Part shown: positions 48,478 to 61,189 of the stretch, one piece after another | Layout of the letters: each line of letters begins with the position of its first letter | How positions within the stretch are numbered: position 1 is the stretch's first letter | Origin: Okamejei kenojei | Lineage: Eukaryota | Direction of reading: 5' to 3' | Assembly: GCA_035221665.1 (NCBI GenBank) | Contig: CM069162.1 | Coordinates: 24,180,001 to 24,244,000, forward strand | Length of the DNA stretch: 64,000 nt | Translations under genes and position numbers: made by a program | The notes under the pieces: model-generated | Told to the model about the DNA's origin: nothing | Seen by the model: the letters and a program-made list of their open reading frames with translations, nothing else | The model's database searches: none

Positions 48478-49151
48478 AAGGAATAAAGGGAATATTGAGC
48501 TCATTCTATTCATTCTTCCAGAGATATTATGATCAACATCATACACTCTGCATTAAATGCCAAGGCTTCCACCCTGCCCCTTTATTTGGGAATCTGTGTC
48601 CATGTCCTTATGCCTGCATGAAGGGCGAGTACGGATATCAGTGCAACCAGTTTGATGAAAGGTGTAAGTGGAGGGGGGTCGCAATGATTTATTTATTCAT
48701 TGTTTTCCCTCACTCCATGAATGTTAGTGATTCAGATTAGTTGTAGATAATTAAAGAACATTTGGCAAATACAAATACTGGCAAATTGCAGCAAACCTAT
48801 TATTTGCAGAATGAAGATATTATTGCACCATGTACAACTCCATTTCGACAAGAGACCTCCAGACGTGTCAGTCAATTCCCTGTTAATTTCTGCACAGAAT
48901 AATTCATACCGTGACCTGCGGGAGCGTTCAGCCAGTAGCAGCCTATGAATCTACAGCAGAGTATAAGCTTGGAGATCTCCGGGACTCAACTCAGGGTGAA
49001 GAGATACTTTTCTTGTTAAAATAAAAAATCCAAACTAAATTCCTGAAGTAATTCTTTAGCCTTCAGCGCAAATGGGCAGTAGTTTCTGCCAAAATAATAC
49101 GCGATCAAAGGGAAATGGTTGTCTTCCGAAATAATGCTCCCTCTGGAGGAG

Positions 49152-49329
49152 GTAGACAAAAATGCTGGAGAAACTCAGCGGGGTGAGGCAGCATCTGTGG
49201 GGCGAAGCAATAGGTGACGTTTCGGGTCACCTATTCCTTCGCCCCACAGATGCTGCCTCACCCACTGAGTTGCTCCAACATTTTTGTCCACCTTTGATTT
49301 TTCCAGCATCTGCAGCTCTTTCTTAAACA
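49152..49329. mobile_element. Fold-back Penelope-derived element with 15-bp TSD
   Basis: TSD ctccctctggaggag at 49137-49151 and 49330-49344; ~70-bp arms joined at ataggtgacgtttcgggtcacctat. Confidence 0.9.
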
Positions 49330-50387
49330 CTCCCTCTGGAGGAGCAAACCCGTCACAACACACCCTCCATAACGCATCAAGAATTCATCCTTTGGAAAAC
49401 CAAGCTGCCACTGAATTCCATCGCTGAAACACCCCTCCAGTGAATGAACCCTTTATTTGTTCCCCTGGGGGAAACTGGAAAGTGAACCTGCAACCGAGGC
49501 TCCTGGAGTAGATGCCCTCTTGAAAGTGGGCCTATTACTGAATCCAATCAATCACACCATTTCATGGCCTGGAATGAAATTCTGGAAAGTAAGATTATTG
49601 CTGAATTGCATAAGTTACATTCTCTCGAAGAAATGAACTTCGCACTGGCACCCTGGGAAGAGATCTCCAATCAAATGAACCTGTGACCAGAGAAATAGAA
49701 TGCATTTTCGAGATAATGCACTTAATTACAAATTCCCTTAAAAACCCAAACTTCTACCTACGTTGATGTCTTGTTATTTTTTACTCCATCTTTCTAATTA
49801 ATCAATAACAAAACACAAACACAACCAGCACATTATGGGATATATATTTTGTTCACCATTGTGCTTCGAATCCAATAATCTTATGACAAGGTTTGGGCCA
49901 TCAATGGTGCTCAAAATGTTGATACCTCAGTGCTAGAGATTGGATTGTTGAGGTGCTGCACTCTCAGGGCAAGGCCTCAATGCCTTGCTGAAGACTACGA
50001 TTTTGAGCATATTCGTTTCTGATCGACACAACACGAGAATTGAAAATTCTTGCCATAACAGTGTCACTTCCACTTTCATTAATGTTTGGGAGACTTAATT
50101 GTTGACATTTCAAGGTGCATTTCCCTTGAAACCACTTGAGGGGAAAAAATAGATTTTCATTCCTGGCACCTGGCCCGTTTTCGATCCATGACCATCAACA
50201 CAAAACGATAATAATTTGTTTTTTGTTTTTTTCCCCCTCCTCAAATTTCCCATCCCAATTTCCCTTGAAAATGATTGCAAGATAGCCAACAATGTTTTCA
50301 GCGACAGCTCACGTGAAAAACTGAATATTCAATTGTAAGAGGCATCAGACCAAAAGTAATCACATCATCACCAAAAATCATTGAAGA

Positions 50388-53300
50388 ATCATGGGTGACT
50401 TTAATCCACATATAGATTGGTGTTGAGGAGGAGGATTTCTGGAATGCATACGGGATGGGTTTTTAAACCAATATGTAGAGGAACTGAGCAATATGTAGAG
50501 GGCAGGCCATTCTAGACTGGGTATTGTGTAATGAGGAAGGATTAGTTAGTGATCTTGTTGTGCAAGGCCCCTTGGACAACAGTGACCATAATATGGTGGA
50601 ATTCTGCATTAGGATGGAGAGTGACACGGCTAATTCAGAGACTAGGGTCCTGAACTTCAATAAAGCAGACTTTGAAGGTATGAGATGGGAATTGGCTTGG
50701 TTAGATGGGCAAATTATGCTTAAAGGGTTGACAGTGTAGATGCAATGGCAAAGATTTAAAGACCACATAGAAACATAGAAACATAGAAATTAGGTGCAGG
50801 AGTAGGCCATTCAGCCCTTCGAGCCTGCACCGCCATTCAATATGATCATGGCTGATCATCCAACTCAGTATCCCGTACCTGCCTTCTCTCCATACCCTCT
50901 GATCCCCTTAGCCACAAGGGAGCCAATGAACTGGCCTCAACTACCCTCTGTGGCAGAGAGTTCCAGAGACTCACCACTCTCTGTGTGAAGAAAGTCTTTC
51001 TCATCTCGGTCTTAAAGGATTTCCCCCTTATCCTTAAACCCTGGCCCCAACATCGGGAACAATCTTCCTGGAGAATTTTGTAAGTTTCTATAAGATCCCT
51101 CTTAATCTCCTAAATTCCAGAGAGTATAAACCGAGTCTATCCAGTCTTTCTTCATAAGACAGTCCTGACATCCCAGGAATCAGTCTGGTGAACCTTCTCT
51201 GCACTCCCTCTATGGCAATAATGTCCTTCCTCAGATTTGGAGACCAAAACCGCACGAGGTGTGGTCTGGCTATGAAAGATGTACCATTAATCGGCCACCA
51301 TTTAAATAATAGTCTGCTTTCCTGTTTTTGCCACCAAAGTGGTGCATCTGCCAAACATTTGCCCACTCACCACAGCCTATCCAAGTCACCTTGCAGTCTC
51401 CTAGCATCCTCCTCACAGCGAACACTGCCTCCCAGCTTAGTGTCATCCGCAAACTTGGAGATATTGCCTTCAAATCCAGATCATTAATATATATATATAT
51501 ATATATATTTAAAGACCACATGGATGAATTCCAGAAATTGTTCATCCTGTCTGGCAAAAAAATAAAACTGGGAAGGCGGCTCAACCGTGGTTGATGAGGC
51601 TAAAGCCATGGAAGAGGCATATAAAGCCAGAAGAAGCGGCAAACCTGAGGACTGGGAGACATTTAGAACTGAGGAGGAAAAAGGGGTTAATTAAGAGTGG
51701 GAAAAAAGAGCATGAAAGAAAGCTTGTGGGGAATATAAAAACTGATTGTAAAATATTCTTTAGGTATGTAAAAAGGAAAAGATTAGTGAAGACGAATGTA
51801 GGTCCCTTGCAGTGAATTTATAATGGGAAATAAGGAGATGGCAGAACAGTTAAACGAGTACTTTGGTTCTGAGGAAGACATAAACAATCACCGGGAAATA
51901 TTAGAGGACTAAGGATCAAGTGGGAGGGAGGAACTGAAGGGAATCCACATTAGTCAGAAAATAGCGTTAGGTAAACTGTTGGGAATGAAGGCAGATAAAT
52001 CCCTAGGGCCTGATGGTCTGCATCCATGTGTACTCAAGGAGGTGGCCCTAGAAATCGTGGATGCATTGGTGATCATTTTCCAATGTTCTCTCGACTCTGG
52101 ATCAGTTCCCGTGGATTGGAGGGTAACCAATGTAACTAACTCCACTTTTTAAGAAAGGAGGGAGAGAGAAAACAGGGAATTATGAAACAGTTAGCCTTAC
52201 ATTGGTAGTGGGGAAGATGCTTAAGTCGACTCAATAAAGATGTTATTGCAGCACATTTGGAAAGCAGTGACGGGATCGGTCAAAGTCAGCATGGATTTAT
52301 GAAGGAGAAATGATGCTTGACTAATCTTCTGGCATTTTATCAGGATGTAAGTAGTCAAATGGATATGGAAGAACCAGTGGATGTGGTGTATCTGGACTTT
52401 CAAAAAGCCTTTGACAAGGTCCCACACAAGAGATTAGTGTGCAAAATTAGAGCACATGGTATTGGGGGTTAGGTATTGACGTGGAGAACTGGTTGGCAGA
52501 CAGGAAGCAAAGAGTTGGAATTAACAGGTCCTTTTTAGAATGGCAGGCAGTGACTAGTCGAGTGAAGCAAGGCTCGGTGCTGGGACCCCAGTTGTTTACA
52601 AATGTAACATCTCTTAATTTGCGGAAGACACAAAGCTGGGTGGCAGTGTGAGCTGCGAGGAGGATGCTATGAGGCTGCAGGGTGACTTGGATAGGTTGGG
52701 TGAGTGGGCAGAAGCATGGCAGATGCGGTATAAAGTGGATCAATGTGAGGTTATCCACTTTGGTGGAAAGAACAGGAAGGCAGATTATTATCTGAATGGT
52801 GTCAGATTAGGAGAAAAGGAGGTGCAATGAGACCTGGGGTATGTTTGCACATCAGTCACTGAAAGCAAGCATACAGGTACAGCAGGCAGTGAAGAAACCT
52901 AATGGCATGTTGACCTTCATTGCAAGAGGATTCGAGTTTCAGAGCAAGGAGGTCCTACTGCACTTGTACAGGGCCCGAGTGAGACCGCACCTGTAGTATT
53001 GTGCGCAATTTTGGTCTCCAAATTTGAAGAAGGACATCATTGCTTTTGAGCGAGTGCAGCACAAGTTCACCAGGTTAATTTCCGGGATGGCAGGACTGAC
53101 ATATGATGAAAGAAAGGGCCGACTGGCCTTGTCTTCACTGGAATTTAGAAGGATGAGAGGGAATCTTATAGAAACATATACAATTCTTGGACAAGGTAAA
53201 TGTAGGAAAAATGTTCCCGATGTTGGGGGAGTCCGAAACCAGGGGTCACAGTTTAAGAATAAGGGGTAGGCCATTTAGGGCTGAGATAAGCAAAATCATT

Positions 53301-53537
53301 TTCACCCAGAGTTGTGAATCTGTTGAATTCTCTGCCACAGAAGGCCGTGGAGGCCAATTCACTGGATGTTTTCAAGAGAGGGTTAGATTTAGCTCTTCGG
53401 GCTAACGGAATCAAGGGATATGGGGGAAAAGCCAGAACAGGGTACTGATTTTGGATGATCAGCCATGATCCTATTGAATGGCGGTGCTGGCTCGAAGGGC
53501 CGAATGGTCTACTCCTGCACTTATTTTCTATGTCTAT
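50388..53537 (+). mobile_element. Long degraded CR1 LINE ORF2 (endonuclease to RT to 3' UTR)
   Basis: MGDFN at 50391, DNSDHNMVEF (ORF 50524), KIFFRYVKRKR, GPDGLHP, QHGF, YLDFQKAFDKVPH, QGSVLGP, LQGDLDRLGEWA; frameshifted and internally deleted; CR1 tail at about 53530. Confidence 0.95.
50769..51506 (-). mobile_element. CR1 3' fragment nested in the longer CR1
   Basis: TSD atttaaagaccacat at 50754-50768 and 51507-51521; (atagaaac)n tail; (TA)n at the 5' junction. Confidence 0.92.
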
Positions 53538-53879
53538 AAAACTCAGCAGGTCAGGTAGTGAATGCTGAGAGTTGGCTGTCACTGTGGATGTAGGTCACTC
53601 TGGGTACTTGTGGATGGGAAGCACAATAGTTCTGTGTTCATTTTGCTGGGTGTTTGTTTCAGATTTCTGATATCTATGGTCTTTTGCTTCTCATTCACCT
53701 TGTGCTCAGCAGATTTTTTAGCTTAATTTAGAGATATTTCCCCTTGTTATACTCTAGAATTTGAAGATTTAGGGTGGGGGGGGGGGTGGAGAGGGGGGTT
53801 GGAAGGCAGGGATCGTCTCTAAGCAGGTTACTTACTTTTTTAATTCTCTAGGCAATCGGTCATTTTAATGAATAGAAGA

Positions 53880-54160
53880 CTGAAATCTGCCCCTTGGCCT
53901 TTCCTCCCTCCAGTTATCACTGTATAGCAACAGAGAATTTGACTTCTGAAATATTCGATCTTCAAAGCTGAGATGATTGTTGCTATTGCTTTGGCTGAGA
54001 TCACCCAATCCATCAGAGACCAGGAATCAAAAGTGAAGTGATCTGTTTTTATTTGCAAGAATAGATATTGTGACCTTTCAACTCAATCACAAGGGACTGA
54101 CATCCTAACCATACAGTTGTTTCATAAGATAAATCAGCATTATGGACTGAGCTGATTACA
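53880..54160 (-). mobile_element. DeuSINE-type remnant
   Basis: atctgtttttatttgcaagaatagatattgtgacctttcaactc…gggactgacatcctaac…ggactgagctga. Confidence 0.4.
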
Positions 54161-54208
54161 ATTTATAACTTGAAATCGAATGCTGATGTACAAAAGCCAG
54201 AAGAGTTA

Positions 54209-54542
54209 TGGGGCTGTCCCACTGTACGAGCTAATTCAAGAGTTCTCCCAATTCGAACTCGGAGAATTACGGTAATAGCCGCTCGTAGGTACTCGGGGCT
54301 CTCGGGGACATTTTTCAACACGTTGAAAAATCTTCACGAGTCTTCCCGAGCTTACCGCGTTTCCCGAGTACTGCCGTTAGCGTTACGAGCCGCTAAGAGA
54401 CGTCCCGAGCTCCGACGTACCCAATACGTACATTCCACGTGCTTACCACGAGTTTGATTTTTTTTTTAAACTCGGGAGAGCTCTTGAATTAGCTCGTACA
54501 GTGGGACAGCCCCATAACTGTTCATACAGTGGGACAGCCCCT
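54209..54542. mobile_element. PIF/Harbinger-like MITE, copy 3, with duplicated right end
   Basis: Perfect 34-bp TIR tggggctgtcccactgtacgagctaattcaagag; TTA at 54206-54208 and 54543-54545; second terminus at 54524-54542. Confidence 0.9.
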
Positions 54543-55874
54543 TTAGCAGGCTACAAAACCAAAAAGTATGTCGGATATTTGGATAGTCCAAACAGCACAT
54601 TGACGAGAACTCAAGTTGAAAATCTGAAAATAATTAATAAGCTTTGGTTCTCTGGGGATTGCAGGGAAGGCCAGGGAGAGTGAGATGATGCATCAGACTA
54701 AGATGTTATGCTTGCTTTCAGGATTTTGAGTCTGAAGAAAGAATAAAATGACAGTCCATTGGACAGGGAGAATGAACCTGCATACTTTCATATTACACCT
54801 TTCACAAACCCAGCAAGCGCCGAAATGACTGTTGTAAAGGAAACACTGCAACTCCCCACGACAAACGTGGCTAAGACTAAGTGGTTTCGGGGAGATCTTG
54901 GAATAAATTCTTTCACCAAGAAACTGGGTGGAATCTGGAATGCACAGCCTGATTATGCAATGGAGGCAGAGCCTCTGACAAAATGTGACATGAATCTGGG
55001 CAAGCATTTGAATCTCAAAGGCAGAGTAGGCTATGGACCAAGTGTAGAAAATTGCTTGATGGTTGGCATAGACATGATGGGCTGAATGGCCTGTTTCTAC
55101 AATGATTTACTCTATATCTTACATCGATTCAATGCAATAATGACCAATTCTTGTGATGTGATGTTGGTCTTCACAATCCCCCATAACATTTAAAATACCT
55201 ACCAGAGAACTGGACAGGTTCCCCATTTAACCTTACATCTGCCAATGCAACCTCACTACTGCACTGGGATTGTAATTCAAGATTTTGTGTTCAAATCTCA
55301 GGATTGGATACTTTAATTGAAAGGCAAGAAGGATACCAAACTACCATAATGGAAGCATGATTTAGACCAAGAGGTGGTGTAATATAATGGAGGTAAAATA
55401 ATTGAAATTGAAGCAGTCCAAAATGACCCATGAGTGAGGCAAAAGACAAGTGTAAAAATATAAAAGTCCATTCCTGACACTGTTCATGTGCCCTGTGATC
55501 TATTGCCAAGTCACAGTTTCAGATTAAAGGTTATGAATAGTTTCTCCCATGCACTCAAGCAAGTCCAACTAATTTAACTTGCATACAAACACATTTGTCT
55601 TTGACACATTGTGTTCTACAAGTTTGGGATCTCATCACCTCAACGACCTGAATTTTCTGAGGGTATTTAATTATTTTCTCTGTACTTAAACTTACATTCC
55701 TCTGCTATGCACCTATTTAATCATGGCAATTTAATGTAGTTAATAAACTGTATGAACTGCTTTAGTTAGGACTCAGACCCATTACTCTCCAGAAAAAGTA
55801 ATTTTACTTATTCCATCTGGCTTGAGGCATGTTAACTTTTTACTTTGGTGTTCCATGTACATAGTTCTCATTTC

Positions 55875-56000
55875 TTTTTTTTAAATTTTTTTTAAATTTT
55901 TGTTAGAAGTACAGTAGTGTGGTACTTAAGTACCTAATACATACATACATATTTCCATTCTTGTACAACTTTGTACTTTTGATTTAATAATAAAAGAACA
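55875..56000 (-). mobile_element. Poly(A)-tailed LINE (L1-like) 3' fragment
   Basis: Poly-T start followed by tttgttagaagtaca; flanked by repeated ttctcatttc (candidate TSD). Confidence 0.5.
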
Positions 56001-59000
56001 GTCCTCTTCTCATTTCAAAGATCTAGATCACTTTCTCTCAGTCTTTATTTCTCCCCGGCCAGCAGGTTCTGTTCAAAGAGTCTCTCAATTAAACCTGTAT
56101 GTCTTAGTCATTCTTATCACAAAGCTCCTTGATGCATTCATATCTTGTGATGCTGGAATTCTCCAAAAGTGACGAGGGTATTTCTATCATGGATACAAGA
56201 GTCACATCAAGGTCACCTTCTTCAGAAATTAATCAGCATCACTGATTACAGGTGTTCTGGTCATTTAACACACAGCGGTAGAGCGAATGTGCTTCAAGCA
56301 AAATGACCCTGCAATGGCCAACAAGACAACACAATGACCTCACTTAAAAAGAACTCCTTGTCCGAGTAATTTTAATGAAATTGAGGATCTGACATCTACT
56401 ACATAAATGCATGTTCTTTCTAACTTTATGCTGACAGATTCACATTAACCATGCTTCCAATAAATGCAGCACTTTGTATTTTTGCAGCCACATTAAGTCC
56501 ACACCTGTGCCTTGCCTTCATTTTATATATTGCCCTTTGCAATTTATATATCTTAAGTACAATCCCTGCTATTCCTCAGCCACACCACATAACTGCTCCA
56601 AGTCACCTTTAATGCCCCCTCAGAAGCCCATAAAACCAGGTATCCTTGGAAATTATTATGGACGGCAGCTATTTCCATTTACAAATAAATAGATTTAACA
56701 CAAGGGTCTCAGATAGAAACCTGTGAAAGCCATTGACGCATGCCCCTTAAACACTGTTTCTGAAGTGCGATGAATTTAGTTCCCCATTTCAAACATCATT
56801 TTGTCATAATTAATTACACTCGCTGTTTAATTTATTGCTTCCAAATGGCCAGGCTACATGAATTTATTGGGTTATACTATGTGGAAGCGGACAAAATTCA
56901 CTTTGAAACAACTGTAATATAAAAACATCTCATGGCAATTCACAGAAACATTATCAAACAAAATTTGACAAAGTCACACATTAAACTTTCATCAAAGAAT
57001 TAGGATTTAAGCAGTGCCTTAAAGGAGGAAGGGGCGGTGAGTCAGAGTGATTCTGAATACACGGAAACGTCACCTATCCATCTCTTCCTTCATTCCCCTC
57101 TCTCTCAGCCTCCCCCTTGTTATTGTCTCCCAAAGAACCTCTCCCTCTCAACACTCGATCTTCCCGCTCAACATACTTCTTTCTTAGTCCTTGCTTTGTT
57201 TTTACTGCCTCGATCCCCCACCCTCTTCCCAGAAATTTCTCACCCCATCTCTATCCAATCTTCACTTGCAGTTACTTGCTATTGCCAAGAGTTAAATCAT
57301 CCCTTGACAACCACCATCAATCTTTGTGGCTGATCCATAATTGTCAATCATTCTGCTCCTTTGTCCCAGCAGCATCACAACCCAAAGCCTGTGGCCTAGC
57401 CAAAACCCTACTCTATCTCTCCTTACTCCTAAACTGCTCCTGGAAATTCCCTGGAGAGCCTGCCTGATGTGTGTGACCCCCAGTGTCCTGGTGGTCATCA
57501 GACCGGCTGTTGGTCCCAACATGAGCTTTCCACGTGCATTCATCAGTCAGATTGTTCCTGCAGCAGTGGGAACACCTCACTTGGCCACTACCATCATCTC
57601 CAAATCCAATCCGGCTTTGAACACAATGGAGACAATGAGACTATGTAGAGAAGTGGTTGTCATATTGAGCGGGATGTTGTCAGAATACATGCGTAGGAGA
57701 ATTAAATAGCATCTGGAGATTCTGTTTTCACTGGATGATGGTTGGAATCTGGAAACTGCCACACGAGAAGCTGATGGAGGAAGGTACTAGCAAACATTTA
57801 AACAGTAACTGGATGAATTGTTGAATTGCCTGTGCATGGATGGATAGCAACCGTGTGCAGGCAAATGTGATTAGTATAGATGGTACGTGATGGTTGCCAT
57901 GGACATGGTGTAGCAAAGAACCCACTACTGTGCTGTAGTGCTATGCGGACATTTAACTATTTCTCAAAGCTGCAGCAATGGGGAGCATTTTAACAGGAAA
58001 TAGAAGGGAGCTGAGCCTGAATTACTGGGGGACACGGGGAACAGAAACTATTGGAGCTGATTCTCCAGCCAAATGGATGGATCCAGATGGATAATAAAGA
58101 GTCAGGTGAGGGTGGCTTCTCCAGATTGATGACAATGACAGAGGTTTCAGACAAGATGGAACGGTCAACAGTGTTAATATCTGCAGATGTACATGAGGAT
58201 GGGGGATGAGGAATGGGTTACCTACGTCTCAGTGCATGGATTTTACTAGTGGTTTAAATTAGAGCTGTATCAGTTCTGTGACTGGGCACAAACATAATTT
58301 GAAGGATTAAAACTAGGAATTTGGAGGGAATTTGGATGGCTAGATTATGTGGGATGATATTTGAGAGGGATGGGAGGTTGGCAAGAAAAAGGTGTCATGA
58401 GTTTATAGTCTCTGCTAACGGTCTAGGAAAAGGTATTCGTCATACAGCACTGAAACAGGCCAATGTATCCTATCCATGTACCTGTCCAAATGCCTTTTAA
58501 ATGTTGTTATTGTACCTGCCTCAACTACTTCCTCTAGCAGCTCGTTCCATATACCCGCCACCCTTGTCTGTTTTGCTTTTTTTGAGAAGATCTTTCAAGA
58601 AACATGCGGCCAACCTTATGAACAAGATGCGCACCATGAGAGCATGAAGGGAGAAACTGGAGTAAACTCTATCTATGCGATGGCTCCCACCGTTTAATTA
58701 GTTAGCTTGTTAAAGAATTGCAATGAATTTGCTGCAACGCATCCTGATTCTGTCCAAATTATCATTGAAAGAACCAATCTGACTTTCATCCTCATTCTGC
58801 TATTGATTGTTTAATAGCCATTGGATCATCCTTAATGCCTTGTGCATGTTTGGTTATAATGATGATTTCTCTTTGGCCCTTGTGTAATTTGGATTTTCTT
58901 ATTGAATTGAACTCTCTGTGTCGTCCATTTTCTCAGACAAATATCCTTTCTTTCATCTCTACACAACACGTTAATCTAAATAGAAATAGGATGGCTAAAA

Positions 59001-59058
59001 TTAAAGTTTTCAAATGGACACCAGCGTGAGGGAACATCACAGTGGCGAGCCTCTAAAG

Positions 59059-59829
59059 CAGCGTTTTCTCAACCGGGGTTCCCCGGAACGCTAGGGTTCC
59101 GTGAGAGGTCGCTAGGTGCTCCGAGAGAAATAGTGATAAATAGACTAATCATATGTAAATGCATTTTTGAGTCTTTTTTGTGTTTAATTTCATATTGATA
59201 ATTTTATTATACACGTGCGGCATATTTAGCGAAGTCTATACGGCGCCAGTGTGAAACGGTCTTTAGTGGTCAGTGGACAAAGCTGGATGTGAGGGATTTG
59301 TGTATCACCAAGTGACTCACTCGAGTACAGACGTCTGCACGGTCTCCATCAGTCCTGTTTGTGTTTCCTGGCGTGCAGGTACAGTCCCTCATTCACCCAC
59401 ATTATTTAGTCATTTTTATCCATCATTTAGCGATGTTATATGAATTTTTAAAATGCATGTATGTTTCTGTTTATTTCTGTTAGTTTATCAAAAGTTGATT
59501 AATGTTTGTTATTGTTAGTTTATGAAAAGTTTATGTGTTGTTTTCTCTCTCTCTCTCCTCCAAGGTTTGTTCTTCTGTTTGCCTTTATTTGCTTTAGTTT
59601 TAAACAAGCAGTTTAATTTCAGTTATTTTTTGTGCATTGTCAATAAACTTGAGAAAAACGCATTATTTTTTGCTTAAACCAGTTATCAGAAAAATATATT
59701 ATGTTTGCTTTATGAACTTTAAGTTTATGAAAGAGAAAGAAAGAGATGAATAAAGATTTATAATAATTTTTATGTAGGGGTCCCCTGAGACACGAGAATT
59801 ATTTCAAGAGTGAAAAGGTAGCAACACTG
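59059..59829. mobile_element. Non-autonomous hAT (Charlie-like) DNA transposon
   Basis: Perfect 8-bp TSD ctctaaag at 59051-59058 and 59830-59837 (close to the NTCTAGAN Charlie target); termini CAGCGTT…AACACTG; subterminal ggggttcc repeats. Confidence 0.9.
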
Positions 59830-60037
59830 CTCTAAAGTGATAATTAACGTCAAAATTATCAAAAGGTTCCAGAATGCAAGGAGTTAGTTAGCACTTTAGG
59901 TCCATGCCTGGTCAATGCAAGAGCCGGTCACCTCATCCCATGCCTTGTCCTCCCTCCAAAGCTCTGTAATTCTTCTCCTTAAAGGGCTTATGTACAACTT
60001 ATCTTGACCGACATTTCAAATTAACAATATATGTTCA

Positions 60038-60133
60038 CTGAAGAAGGGTCTCGACCGAAAATGTCACGTATCCACGCTCTCCAGAGATGCTGCCCGGCCC
60101 ACTGAGTTATTCCAGTACTTTGGGTCTTTTTTC
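60038..60133 (+). mobile_element. Short Penelope-derived element starting at the hammerhead core
   Basis: ctgaagaagggtctcgaccgaaaatgtc…agagatgctgcc…ctgagttattccag; candidate TSD atg(t/c)tcactg at 60031-60040 and 60134-60143. Confidence 0.8.
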
Positions 60134-61189
60134 ATGCTCACTGTTAATTCAGTCTAGAAAGTCATGGTGCATAAGACAGTTTTAAATATTTTCCACCTAA
60201 AGATAAGCAGCCCTGGCCCCTCCATCTGTACAACTCTAGAGGATCAGCACAGATTTTAACGCCAAGACTTGGTGGTATGATTTAAATCACAATCTTTTTA
60301 ATATGAGATGAGAATGTTACCAATGGAGCCGTGTCTCATTTTAAAAGATGGATGAATTCAACATGTATTTCGAGCCCACGACTTATTTCTGAATATCCAT
60401 TACCTCTAAAAGAAACCATCCAAACTACTCAATTACATCTGCAATACACTTTCAGGTATTATTTTCTATATGCAATTCCCTCAAATCTGTTGATTAGATC
60501 CACACTTATAATTCACATCTAGATATCCATTAATCTATCTACAAACCCATTGAATTCTTCAATTAGATTCCAACTTGCAACTCTTTCCCAGAATTCCATT
60601 AATCCCCCTGCCATAAAATGATAAGACCTAACTCTTCAAAACAACTAGTTCCAGGCAAACTCAATCTGCCTCATGCAGTAAATACGAGACCACCTCTGCC
60701 GTGTGCGTTAGGATGAGTCGACACCGCTCCCACCCACTCGATTTCTCAATTAGATCATCATGCTGGAGTTAGACAGTCAAGAAGATTGCAGGAAGATGAA
60801 GAGGACAATAAAATAAAATAAAATTATGTTTTCTAATAAGGTTTCAGAAAATCATTGCACACTGGAAAACCAAATATGAAAAAAACACTCACTAAGCAGT
60901 TTCAAAATTAAATTTCCATCACTCATTACAAAACCATTAACCAGTGCAGCAGCAGAACTAACAGGATTCGGTGTGTAAGCAAGGATCGTTAAACAAGGGC
61001 ATGTAAGTGGAGACGTTGCCTCAACGAACTGTTCATGACGGTGGAAAGAAAAGCACAATTTGTCCATCACCTCCACTCGTGGAGATTTGTCCACTCCCTG
61101 TGGAGTCAACACAGGAGGCTAGTCAGTCCATAGTATCTGGTGAAAAAACTAATTCCACAGACCTGCTCTCTTCTGCACTCAGAAGAAAT

